A DNA stretch of 64,000 nucleotides, from positions 154,382 through 218,381 of the IMG/VR virus record IMGVR_UViG_3300026549_000032. One strand, written 5' to 3'. The position numbers and the translations under genes were made by a program. The DNA is from a virus (lineage: Duplodnaviria > Caudoviricetes). Shown piece by piece: positions 55,717-64,000 of the stretch (within the stretch, counting starts at the first letter, position 1; every line of letters starts with the position of its first letter). The notes beneath the pieces were generated by a model. It saw nothing but the letters and a program-made list of their open reading frames with translations, did no database searches and had not been told where the DNA came from.

Positions 55717-56744
55717 AGATTACCTTAGAACGGGCTAAGAGATGGTATAAAGAGGGAGGCGAGCTAAGAAGTATCGCCCTCTCCCTTTATAGTTTAAAGG
55801 AGCTTGATCCACAACCTGATTTCGAGGATGTTCTCTTAGGAAAGACACCAGAGGATGTAGTAACAACCAGTGTGATCGTTCCAAGGAAGATGAACTCTGG
55901 GAAGGACGGACAAGAATATATGCAAGTCTATTCCCTCTTGGTTCGAATAGCCAAGAAGTGTAATAAAGGATGGACTCGGACAAGTGCTAACAAAGGTTAT
56001 TTCTTAGTAAAGAATCACAGGTACATTGGACCGGGCACAAGATTCGAAAAACCCTATAAAGTGTGCTCTCATTCTAATCTGAAGATTCCTGGGGTAGTTT
56101 ACTTCAAGGAAGAAAAAGATTGTAGGGCAGCTGGTAATTTCTTAGCAGAGAAAGGATTTCTTAAAGTGATATGGTAATAAATAGAGAGAATGTAATCGAA
56201 AAGCTCAAGCAAGAGTCCGAAAGGGCTGAGAGAGAACGTAAGTTAGGGATAGCTAGCGCTAATAACTTTAACTACTACCTGGAGGAATACCTTAAGAGTA
56301 ATCGATACTGGAAGGAATTCATTGCCAGTAAGATGAAGGGTGAATGGAGAGTTAAAGACTTGGCCAACGACCTCATTAGTATCTCTGTTATCTATCTCAG
56401 GGAGGACGATGCTTGTATCAGTATTCACAAGAGAATCAGAGAACCAGCTTACCTGACAGCAATCTTACAAGGAGAAGAAAGGCCTAAAGATTGGTGGTTA
56501 AGTGAAGACTTTCCTGTCAAAGAACTTACTATGATAGATGAGGTTGGTATTAAGTATCGACCAACGGCTATCCAGGAAGAGCTGGAGGACTTAAAAGTGA
56601 ATAAGAAAACCATCGATCAGAGGATAAAATCCCTGAAAGAGGAGCTTAAAAAACTGACCGTCTGAAAAGCCGTGAAAGCCTTATATATGTGATGAAAGAT
56701 TCACAAAACAAATGTGTATTTATTAATTTAATAACGAAGAAAAG

Positions 56745-57071
56745 ATGGAGAACATCGAAAACAAACAGAAGAAGACCCTTAAGCAGAAAGTTTGGGGTTT
56801 TGCAAAGCCTGTGCTGATTGCAACAGGTTTCGTGACCGTGGGTATACTCTACGGTGGTAACAAGTACGGTATCAAGACAAGAATCGATGGTGCCGCAGCG
56901 CGAGTAAAGGGTGGCTGCAAGAATGCCTACAAGAACCTGACGACTCGCAAGTCAACAGAATGTGCCGGTGGCCAGTGCGATTCAGCACCTCAGCAGCCAC
57001 AGTACAACAACAATCAGCCCCGCCAGAAGTGGAACAACAACGGCGGCGGTAAGTTTAACAACAAAGCTTAA
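56745..57071 (+). CDS. membrane-anchored hypothetical protein
   Basis: TM helix near N-terminus; Q/N-rich tail. Confidence 0.55.
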   Translation: MENIENKQKKTLKQKVWGFAKPVLIATGFVTVGILYGGNKYGIKTRIDGAAARVKGGCKNAYKNLTTRKSTECAGGQCDSAPQQPQYNNNQPRQKWNNNGGGKFNNKA

Positions 57072-57090
57072 TTTCAAGGAGGACAATAAT

Positions 57091-57303
57091 ATGAAAAAGA
57101 ATATTATGATTTTCGCACTCGGCGTAGCAGCTGGTGCACTCATCGTCGGATTCGACAAGGTTAAGAACGCAGTGGTAGAAGGCTACAATCAGGCCAAGGA
57201 TAAGATCAACGAAGCCCGCCAGCAGGCAGAGGCTACAGTAACTGATCCTAAGCCCGAGGGAGCTGGTGACCAACCTGAAAAGACCGATGAAGGAGATAAG
57301 TAG
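57091..57303 (+). CDS. small membrane-anchored protein
   Basis: AGGAGG upstream of ATG 57091; MKKNIMIFALGVAAGALIVG. Confidence 0.6.
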   Translation: MKKNIMIFALGVAAGALIVGFDKVKNAVVEGYNQAKDKINEARQQAEATVTDPKPEGAGDQPEKTDEGDK

Positions 57304-57479
57304 GAATCAGTTCTCCAAGATGTGATTAAGTAAATACAGACGCAGGAGTGTGGGGTTATTCAATGACCTCACACTTTTAAACACTTGAACAAGTAGGGAG
57401 GAAACTCCCTTTTGTTTTGAGTTATCTGATAACCTTATATGAGAGATAATAACAAGTTTAACAAAATATAGGAGAACAA

Positions 57480-57689
57480 ATGAAAGATTTAAACAAAGCA
57501 TTAGAAAAGAACAACAAGCGAGGAAGAATTTGCTTCGCTATGGCAGACGCTTTCGGTGGAGCCGGTGCTTTCCTGGCTAAGGGTGCTGTGATCGGTCTTG
57601 GTATCGGTCTACTCTTTGCAATAGGTGCCGACCTGTATTACAGGAAATCCACTAAGATAAAGCATGAAATTAGATTAACAACAAAATAA
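57480..57689 (+). CDS. small membrane protein
   Basis: Gly-rich TM segment; GGAGAACAAATG start context. Confidence 0.55.
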   Translation: MKDLNKALEKNNKRGRICFAMADAFGGAGAFLAKGAVIGLGIGLLFAIGADLYYRKSTKIKHEIRLTTK

Positions 57690-57701
57690 AGTAGGAGAAC
57701 A

Positions 57702-57983
57702 ATGAGTATTATTCAAAACTTAATGAACACGCCTTACAAACGCGCCACTGAGGAATTTATTAACAAGGATACCTCAATCACGGCAAGCTATGGGAGAACA
57801 CATGTTATCCCAAGTGGTTCCGGACTGATGGGTATAGTCCTCTTGGTAGCCGTAGTAGGTTACATCTTTGCCATGGTTAATGGTGGAGAGAAGAGACTAG
57901 TTAATGGTTACGAACGGAAACCTCGTAATAACGACCGTCGTTACCAGGGTAAAAATAATGGACCACGTGGGGGTAACCGATAA
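57702..57983 (+). CDS. small membrane protein
   Basis: TM helix; GGAGAACAATG start context. Confidence 0.55.
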   Translation: MSIIQNLMNTPYKRATEEFINKDTSITASYGRTHVIPSGSGLMGIVLLVAVVGYIFAMVNGGEKRLVNGYERKPRNNDRRYQGKNNGPRGGNR

Positions 57984-58061
57984 TAATAGCAGTTAAGAGA
58001 GCTATGTTGGTAAACCCTGCGTGCCAATTCATAGTAAGTTTTAAGTTAAAATTGGAGAACA

Positions 58062-59159
58062 ATGAAGAACATTGAAAAAAAGAACTGGGGTTATATCCTT
58101 TTAGGAGGACTAATAATCGCAGCAGGCGGCTGGTGGCTAACCAGAAGAGCCAAAGAAACCTACAAAGAGTTGAAACGCCGAGAGAAACTTGGTGAAGAAC
58201 TCATGAAAAATGCCGGGTTAACGGAGGATGCCGTGACTACGCTTCCACCACGCCCAGGAGACCCCGATTATGGAGTTGATATGAAGATCAACCTCCCATA
58301 TATGCTATTTGAGAAGGGTCGATTTGAATCTCTAGAGATTCCGCAGGAGTATTTCGATTCCGACCGTATTTTTACGGAGAAGGGAACGAGCGAGCATGTC
58401 GTACATGTCCGTCAGAGATTTGATAAGCAACTGAGACGTAACCTCTTAGATCTCATCTTCGAGATCCCCAGAAGTGCGGTCTCACCAAATATAGAAGACA
58501 GAAGCTCCAATGATGGCTATACGAGCATAGGTAATTTCATATATGCCTTCAAGGGAGACAAGATAAATAACAACAACGATTTCGCCTTCTCGGGAGGGTT
58601 GGTGAATACAATTCGTAACATCATAAACGATCCGCAGTATGGTATTAGTGACCTCAAGGTGGTTCCGAAGAACCCAATCGTTTCTAACCGACTGGTAGGG
58701 TATTACTTTATGAAGTATGATGTCGTAGAGGATGGGGAAGTAACTAAGGCGAGTGCCATGCTTCCGATTCCTGAGACACATTACGAAGGCATGAAGCTTA
58801 GTGATTACGTCTACGAAGTTAATAAGAAGCTCGACAATCGAGAGAGGATTGATATAACTCTTTCAGATCCGAGAGTTCAGAACGTAGAAGTTGGAGACAT
58901 TATCTTGGGCTATTGCATAACGTTGAAGATGAATGATGCCTATAATATAGATGGTATCAATGTAAACTCTGGTTTGGCTATCCTCCGATATATTGCAGAC
59001 GAGTTTGAAGTCCTCAATCGGACAGGTCGTGGTAAATTCCAGTACTTGAGTTTCCTGTTCTACGATGAGTGGGATGAGGAAGATGAGCTGAGATACTACG
59101 ACGTAGCAGTGAACAAGGAGACAGGCCGTTATCAGGTTTGCAAAGGAGTCCTCTTCTAA
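58062..59159 (+). CDS. membrane-anchored 365-aa hypothetical protein
   Basis: N-terminal TM helix; GGAGAACAATG start context. Confidence 0.6.
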   Translation: MKNIEKKNWGYILLGGLIIAAGGWWLTRRAKETYKELKRREKLGEELMKNAGLTEDAVTTLPPRPGDPDYGVDMKINLPYMLFEKGRFESLEIPQEYFDSDRIFTEKGTSEHVVHVRQRFDKQLRRNLLDLIFEIPRSAVSPNIEDRSSNDGYTSIGNFIYAFKGDKINNNNDFAFSGGLVNTIRNIINDPQYGISDLKVVPKNPIVSNRLVGYYFMKYDVVEDGEVTKASAMLPIPETHYEGMKLSDYVYEVNKKLDNRERIDITLSDPRVQNVEVGDIILGYCITLKMNDAYNIDGINVNSGLAILRYIADEFEVLNRTGRGKFQYLSFLFYDEWDEEDELRYYDVAVNKETGRYQVCKGVLF

Positions 59160-59167
59160 AGAGGAAA

Positions 59168-59218
59168 AATAAAAGGAGACCCTAGGATTAAGTTCCTAAG
59201 GTTTCCTTCTTTTTTTTT
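59168..59218. terminator. bidirectional terminator
   Basis: AAGGAGACC-CTAGGA...TCCTA-AGGTTTCCTT hairpin with A/T tails between convergent genes. Confidence 0.65.
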
Positions 59219-60024
59219 AGATACGTAAGCGAAGTGTCTTTGTGCCAAGGCGACCTTTATAAACAATCAGGTCATACTTGTCGAGGTCTGACATAACAAA
59301 TCCCAATGCCTCTAACCTGATGTCGGCCAAGGTTGGCTCTTTCTTTTTACAATCAAGGTCGTTATCATCGACGAGAAGTGTGGTTAGTGAGAGACGTTTC
59401 ATAAGGATACCTCCTTTTTCTTTGCTCCACCACCCTTAAGACGATCGCCCGGGTTTTCGAGTTTCTCGTTTTTCTTCTCTGGGACATCAAACTTGAAAAT
59501 ATCATGACGATATCTCCCCGCTTTCCCCTGATCCATATATGTCTTAACCGTGTTGGCTAAGAGAAATAATGAATCTTTCTTAGCGTGGTTTCTGATATTG
59601 TCATACATCTTCTCTGTTACTTTCTTGATTGTCTTAACCTCTCGCCTATGTTCGTATTCCTGAACCTCATCTACAATGGAGAGAAGTTTCCTGATAATAA
59701 CAATCACAGCATCGGCGGGAGACAAAGAACGCTCCACAAGACGAGTAAACTCCTTCCGGAGGAGTGGTTTATAGAGGTATAAGACACGACCATAAATCTC
59801 AATCTTCTCGTCATCTACATCTTTAAAAATTTTGGTATATGCATCCTGCACTGAGTGAAGGTATGACTTAATAATACCAAAACACCGACCTTCCTTTGTT
59901 AAGAATTGTTTAAGTTCTAGATACAAATAGTCGATGACATCAAGTAGGCCATCCACGTAGAGATTCTTCTCAACCAGTGAACCACCTACTCGTTCTTCAA
60001 TAGTAAATTCTTTCTTTTTCATAT

Positions 60025-60066
60025 CACCCATAAGGTTGATGGGGCCTCCGGAGCGCCTTATCTATG
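60025..60066. promoter_or_regulatory. back-to-back CCTTA-N4-TG motifs
   Basis: Minus-strand CCTTATGGGTG (ATG 60022) and plus-strand CCTTATCTATG (ATG 60069). Confidence 0.65.
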
Positions 60067-61695
60067 TTATGATAGATGCAAAAACAAGAAAAAGTATAGT
60101 CGGGGGATGGATAGAAACGTCCCCGGAATTTAAAGCAGTCCAAGAGACTTGGAAGGAGGCTGGTAGGTATATTGCCGAACAAGCCCTAGCATCCTTAACG
60201 GATAAAGAGAAGAAGTACTTAGAGGTCTTCGGGCTGGAACGGACTAGGACACAAGGAAGAATCAGCTACCATAGCGTAGGTGCTTTTGCGAAGGAGGCTG
60301 GAATGAGTCTTGCCATAGAGAAGTGGTTTTCCTTTGGTAGTTGTATATACAATGGGCGTACATTCTTTGATCGACATTCCTTGAAGAAGTGTGATCAGGT
60401 AGAATATGTAGACCCCGGTAATGTACCCCTCTTGTTCCTCATAAACCAAGACGACATAAAAAGGTTTAAGGAGGAGAAACCAGAGATTTTCCTTGAGGTG
60501 ACAACCCGATTAGTGGCTTGGTTTGACGCCTTGTATAAATTTAATGAGAAACTGAAGGGAATTGGGATGATCCTGACGAGAGATGATGTGACCCTGACCC
60601 TCTTGAAGAAATACTTAAAGAACCTATACGATGGAAGAAAGCGGGAAGAAACTAAGGGAGAGGTTTAATGAGAGAGTAAGTGATTATAGGAAATCACGAC
60701 TTTTCAATATAATCCAGTCTGACCTCTGGAAGAAAGATATAGAGGCCACAAGAAAGACGGACCTCTTAGTGAACTTAGTTCATGAAGCCTTGAGATCTGG
60801 AGAACATAACCTCTGGACAAAGGAAGAGTGGGAAGCATTTCTAGGGGCCCCCAGGATTAGAACAGAACAGGAAAAGAATGGTGGCTACTGTGTTAAAGGA
60901 ACGGGTTTCGGAATGCCCTCCAACACATGGAAACCAGAGAACGTAGAAATAGCTTTCGTCGGACGACTTGAGATGACTATAGTAAGTCCTCCGGGGCAAT
61001 CAACTCCAAAGGTTAGTAGCCAGAGAGTTGAACTGACAAAGGACACGTTCACGGCCGGGAAAGGTTGGTCAGAGAAGATAGGCTTAGCCCTGCTAGCATA
61101 TGCAAAGGAAGATTACAGAGTGAAAAACTGTATGAACCAATACCTCTCTCCCGACCTAGACACCAAAACTTTCCTTAATCCTCAGCTGGGACCTAAATGG
61201 CATCTCCAAGACCTCCTCGATTATAATGAGGATTGGTTTTGGAAGTATATTAAGAACGTAATTTACCTAGGGAGCTATCAATTGGACTCTCTATTCGAAG
61301 ATGAAAGTTTGAAGTCCCCACTAGAAAGTGAAGATATACTAACGGCTCTTGGAGCTCTTAAAGGACTGCTTGGACGATGAATAATAAAGAAGATACTTTA
61401 AAGTGGTTCGAAGAAACTGCTCGGTCCATTATAGAAGATGGTCATGGATTATTTTGTACGTATTATTATGTACATGATGATAGACACGATCCTTACTCGT
61501 TTACTATTGGATACGTACCATATAGTTGCGGGATGTGTTGTAGTTGTGATGATTGTCCACACAGAAATGAATACGGAGAATGTGGAGAAGAATCACTGTA
61601 TATACAAGAAGATGGAACCATATATTATACCGGGAGCGACAAAACATACACTCCCGATGAGTTTGATAACTTACTGGGTGAGTTTTATTAGAACC

Positions 61696-61760
61696 AAAAA
61701 AAATAGAGACACAGAAGGCGTGGATGTATTCTCCTTCTGGTCTCTTTCTTTTTCTTTTTT
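61696..61760. terminator. bidirectional terminator ending the DGR unit
   Basis: AGAGAC-A-CAGAAGG...CCTTCTG-GTCTCT with A-run and T-run. Confidence 0.7.
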
Positions 61761-62208
61761 AACCTAGATCGAATGGTGTAGCACCATCAACATCTAGCCA
61801 TCCTATTCTTCCCTCGGGTGGACATGGATCGTAGGAACCTTGCAGTTTTAAGATTTCCGGCTTATTGAGTTTGACAAACATCATAGTCATGTCTTTCCTC
61901 GTCCTGATAATCTTTGTCTGGAAAGGTCCTGTGATTCCTTTACTCTCCACTAGACGCATGGTCTTGCAGAGAGAAGTTCCCTCAGTCATTAAGACAGCTT
62001 TTTCAATCAAGGCATTCTCTGTGTTCTTCCAATAACTTATTTGTGCCACCAGAAGGTAACGTCCCTCATTAAAACGAGACTTTGTGAACTCGTAATGATG
62101 AATTACCATGGGGCAGGCCAAGCATTCTTTCGGACTAACTGCTTTTCCCTCATATTTAAGTTTGAGTTCATTGGCAGTTCTGGTCCTTGGTGTATACAGG
62201 TCCAGCAT
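61759..62208 (-). CDS. putative DGR accessory protein (not Avd-like)
   Basis: Overlaps the RT 3' end; beta-rich pattern with GPFQTKI, recalled as like small proteins downstream of Bacteroidetes DGR RTs. Confidence 0.45.
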   Translation of the reverse strand: MLDLYTPRTRTANELKLKYEGKAVSPKECLACPMVIHHYEFTKSRFNEGRYLLVAQISYWKNTENALIEKAVLMTEGTSLCKTMRLVESKGITGPFQTKIIRTRKDMTMMFVKLNKPEILKLQGSYDPCPPEGRIGWLDVDGATPFDLG

Positions 62209-63511
62209 AAGCTAATGGATTTAGGTGCATAGCAGGTGTTCGTTCTCCCGTCCAGAATCCTGATTCTAAGACTGGGAATGGCTCTTGTGGGTCACCAAGA
62301 ATTTCACCCTGTGGGAGTCGAGGTCTCAACCCTTCAGCGAGTGGGAATAGACGTTTATTTTCGTCCGATCGACAATCCCAGGCTTCGGCAAGGGACCTAG
62401 CCCTATGGTTGTGCCACTTCTTAGCAGCACGGTCGATCTCTATCCACCCCTCCACTGATTGGAGCCTATCGAAGAATGGCTTATATACCCTTCTCCAATA
62501 TCTCTCTAAGTTCCCTATGTCGAGTCCCCTAAGTCCTCCTTTCATACCAGCCCATGACATCATCACTCGGTCACGATCGTCCTTGTTCTCCGGGTTGAAG
62601 GGTTTCTTCATTTCCTTTTTGAATCTTCGTTCAATACGTCTCCGAGAAGGTGTCTTAAGGCGAGCATTATGGGAGTTAATAGAGGCCCCTAAGAACTCAA
62701 ATCTCTCTTCCTCACAGTGTACCACACGCCAGTTTGGTTTCAGGGACTGTCCGTTTTCCTCTGTTAGGTCACGGAGTACTCTCACCATGGTATGCAGGTA
62801 ATTTAGGTTTGAGCTTATCATAAGCTTGTCATCACAGAATCGATAGTAATCATGGATTCCATATTCAACGATGATGGTCCAATCTATGGCCGCATGATAA
62901 ACATGGCCTAAGATGTTAGAGGAGGCTAGCCCGAGGGCCATACCTACCTCTCCATGCATTCGGTCAATTGTTGCATCACATAACCAGATCAGCCATGGAT
63001 CCTTGATATGTTGTCTTATGTACTTAGCCATTACCTTGTGATTAATCGTCGGGTAATAGTGATGAGTATCACAGACTGCCACATACAAATCTTTTCTGTT
63101 ATGAACCCGCTTTATGACGAGCTCTCTTAATTCATGTTGACCTTTTCCTTTGATAGATCCATAAGAGTGAGGATGTATAATCTTTTTCTTCTCCATGAAA
63201 ACATACTTAAGGCATGCATCAAGGAGAGTATCCACAATTTGATCCTCTGGCACGGAAGCAAATATGTTTCGCCTCTTGCCATTCTCATAACGGATGAACG
63301 TATTGAATGGATGAAATTCATAAGATTGGGTCATGAGGGCATTATAGATTCGATCTATGTTACCCTCTGGGTCCTCAAAGAATTTACCCCAGTTCTTTAT
63401 CATGGATCGGGTCCACCTACTTCTTTTTTCTCCTCGACACAGGTAGGTAACTATGTCTCGGAGGCGGTCTTTTGTTAAGAACTTATCTCTTACTCTTCCG
63501 ACTTTCTTCAT
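62168..63511 (-). CDS. DGR reverse transcriptase
   Basis: ENGKRRNI, SYGSIKGKGQH, DTHHYYPTINH, GMALGLASSN, YYRFCDD, FEFLG; adjacent TR/VR pair. Confidence 0.92.
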   Translation of the reverse strand: MKKVGRVRDKFLTKDRLRDIVTYLCRGEKRSRWTRSMIKNWGKFFEDPEGNIDRIYNALMTQSYEFHPFNTFIRYENGKRRNIFASVPEDQIVDTLLDACLKYVFMEKKKIIHPHSYGSIKGKGQHELRELVIKRVHNRKDLYVAVCDTHHYYPTINHKVMAKYIRQHIKDPWLIWLCDATIDRMHGEVGMALGLASSNILGHVYHAAIDWTIIVEYGIHDYYRFCDDKLMISSNLNYLHTMVRVLRDLTEENGQSLKPNWRVVHCEEERFEFLGASINSHNARLKTPSRRRIERRFKKEMKKPFNPENKDDRDRVMMSWAGMKGGLRGLDIGNLERYWRRVYKPFFDRLQSVEGWIEIDRAAKKWHNHRARSLAEAWDCRSDENKRLFPLAEGLRPRLPQGEILGDPQEPFPVLESGFWTGERTPAMHLNPLAYAGPVYTKDQNCQ

Positions 63512-63703
63512 TACTATTTTTCGGAGTCTAGCTTTCGTTCGGACTCAATGTTACAAGTAGGAATTGACCTATGCAGGTCGGGGCGTTCCAGGAAATGTAA
63601 CAAGGACTTTTGCCTACTAGCTGTCGCTTTGGAGAACTCCATTGTAATGTGATTGCGAACCGTTGCCGCAAGATCTTCGCCCATAAGTCTTTTGTCTCAG
63701 AAA

Positions 63704-63825
63704 ATAGTTTCGCGACCACGCCTGTTCCAGTTCTCGTTCGTGGCATCGTTGTTGAAGTTGCGAGCGAACCCACCACATTTGTCACCGTTGTTCGAGTTAC
63801 CACCGAGACGCGGTAGGGGAAGACC
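63704..63825 (-). repeat. DGR template repeat (TR); 5' boundary approximate
   Basis: AAC-rich, reads GLPLPRLGGNSNNGDKCGGFARNFNNDATNENWNRRGRET; 3' 31 nt align to the VR with differences only at TR adenines. Confidence 0.88.
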
Positions 63826-63929
63826 TTTTATGTGGTTATCGTGCTCGCAGGACACACAACGAAGAGGGAGACGAGATGATTTCCGTGTGGGAAAAATTTT
63901 CGCGACCCCGCACTTCGTGTTCATTTAAT

Positions 63930-63958
63930 GTGCCTGCGGCACTACTGGCTAACGCCAG
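63930..63958 (-). promoter_or_regulatory. hairpins immediately downstream of VR/IMH
   Basis: Minus-strand CTGGC-GTTA-GCCAG and GTGCC-GCA-GGCAC right after the target stop codon. Confidence 0.55.
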
Positions 63959-63959
63959 G

Positions 63960-64000
63960 TCATGCATTCATAGTAACGCGACCACGCCAGCCCCAGCCCA
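63960..64000 (-). CDS. 3' end of DGR target gene (variable repeat, C-type-lectin-like terminus), truncated by the window edge
   Basis: Reads ..GWGWRGRVTMNA* versus TR NWNRRGRET; VR visible at 63970-64000. Confidence 0.8.
   Translation of the reverse strand, partial: GWGWRGRVTMNA

Larger units (their letters stand above)
61759..64000 (-). mobile_element. diversity-generating retroelement (VR-TR-RT-accessory)
   Basis: RT plus TR/VR with adenine-specific mismatches. Confidence 0.88.

Noticed and set aside
62168-63511. RT as a group II intron, retron or Abi RT
   Set aside because: The adjacent TR/VR pair with adenine-only mismatches identifies a DGR; no YADD or retron VTG motif is present.
63528-63928. 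ORFs 63528..63803, 63610..63816, 63653..63928 and 63697..63924
   Set aside because: They overlap the DGR template repeat and spacer; the open frame in the TR reflects its VR-like sequence, not a gene.
1-64000. Stop-codon recoding as in Lak and some crAss-like phages
   Set aside because: Known enzymes (pncB, pncA, RT) are full length in code 11, and TAG/TGA stops coincide with terminators and downstream starts. Micro-ORF junctions mostly change frame, so read-through would not fuse them.
1-64000. tRNA or rRNA genes
   Set aside because: No cloverleaf or T-loop consensus was recognised in the intergenic gaps; tRNAscan was not run.

Overview
This is 64 kb of a large, gene-dense lytic phage genome in the standard genetic code. 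The host is probably Bacteroidota: most genes lack Shine-Dalgarno sites and many protein modules look like those of Bacteroidales phages. The window is an accessory region of roughly 150 mostly small ORFs, organised into transcription units bounded by intrinsic terminators and a recurrent CCTTA-N4-TG promoter-like motif (about 28 copies). Recognisable genes are a DarG-like macrodomain, a degenerate SF2 helicase-like protein, an acyl carrier protein, a NadR/AAA_28-type kinase, nicotinate phosphoribosyltransferase (pncB) and nicotinamidase (pncA). At the right end is a diversity-generating retroelement: RT, template repeat, and the 3' end of the variable repeat, with 8/8 visible mismatches at TR adenines. 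The most unusual structure is largely missed by the ORF track. It is an almost fully overlapping chain of 18 micro-ORFs (3570-6435), 17 of which start M-x-W. Several carry short segments resembling T4-like virion proteins (major capsid, prohead protease, portal; more weakly sheath and terminase/helicase). A dispersed set of M-x-W/F proteins (27.7-32.6 kb) carries a capsid-like segment, and one M-x-W peptide resembles the EF-Ts N-terminal domain. I propose this is a library of tagged structural-protein fragments acting as immune decoys or assembly poisons. All homology calls are by-eye motif recognition, not database searches.
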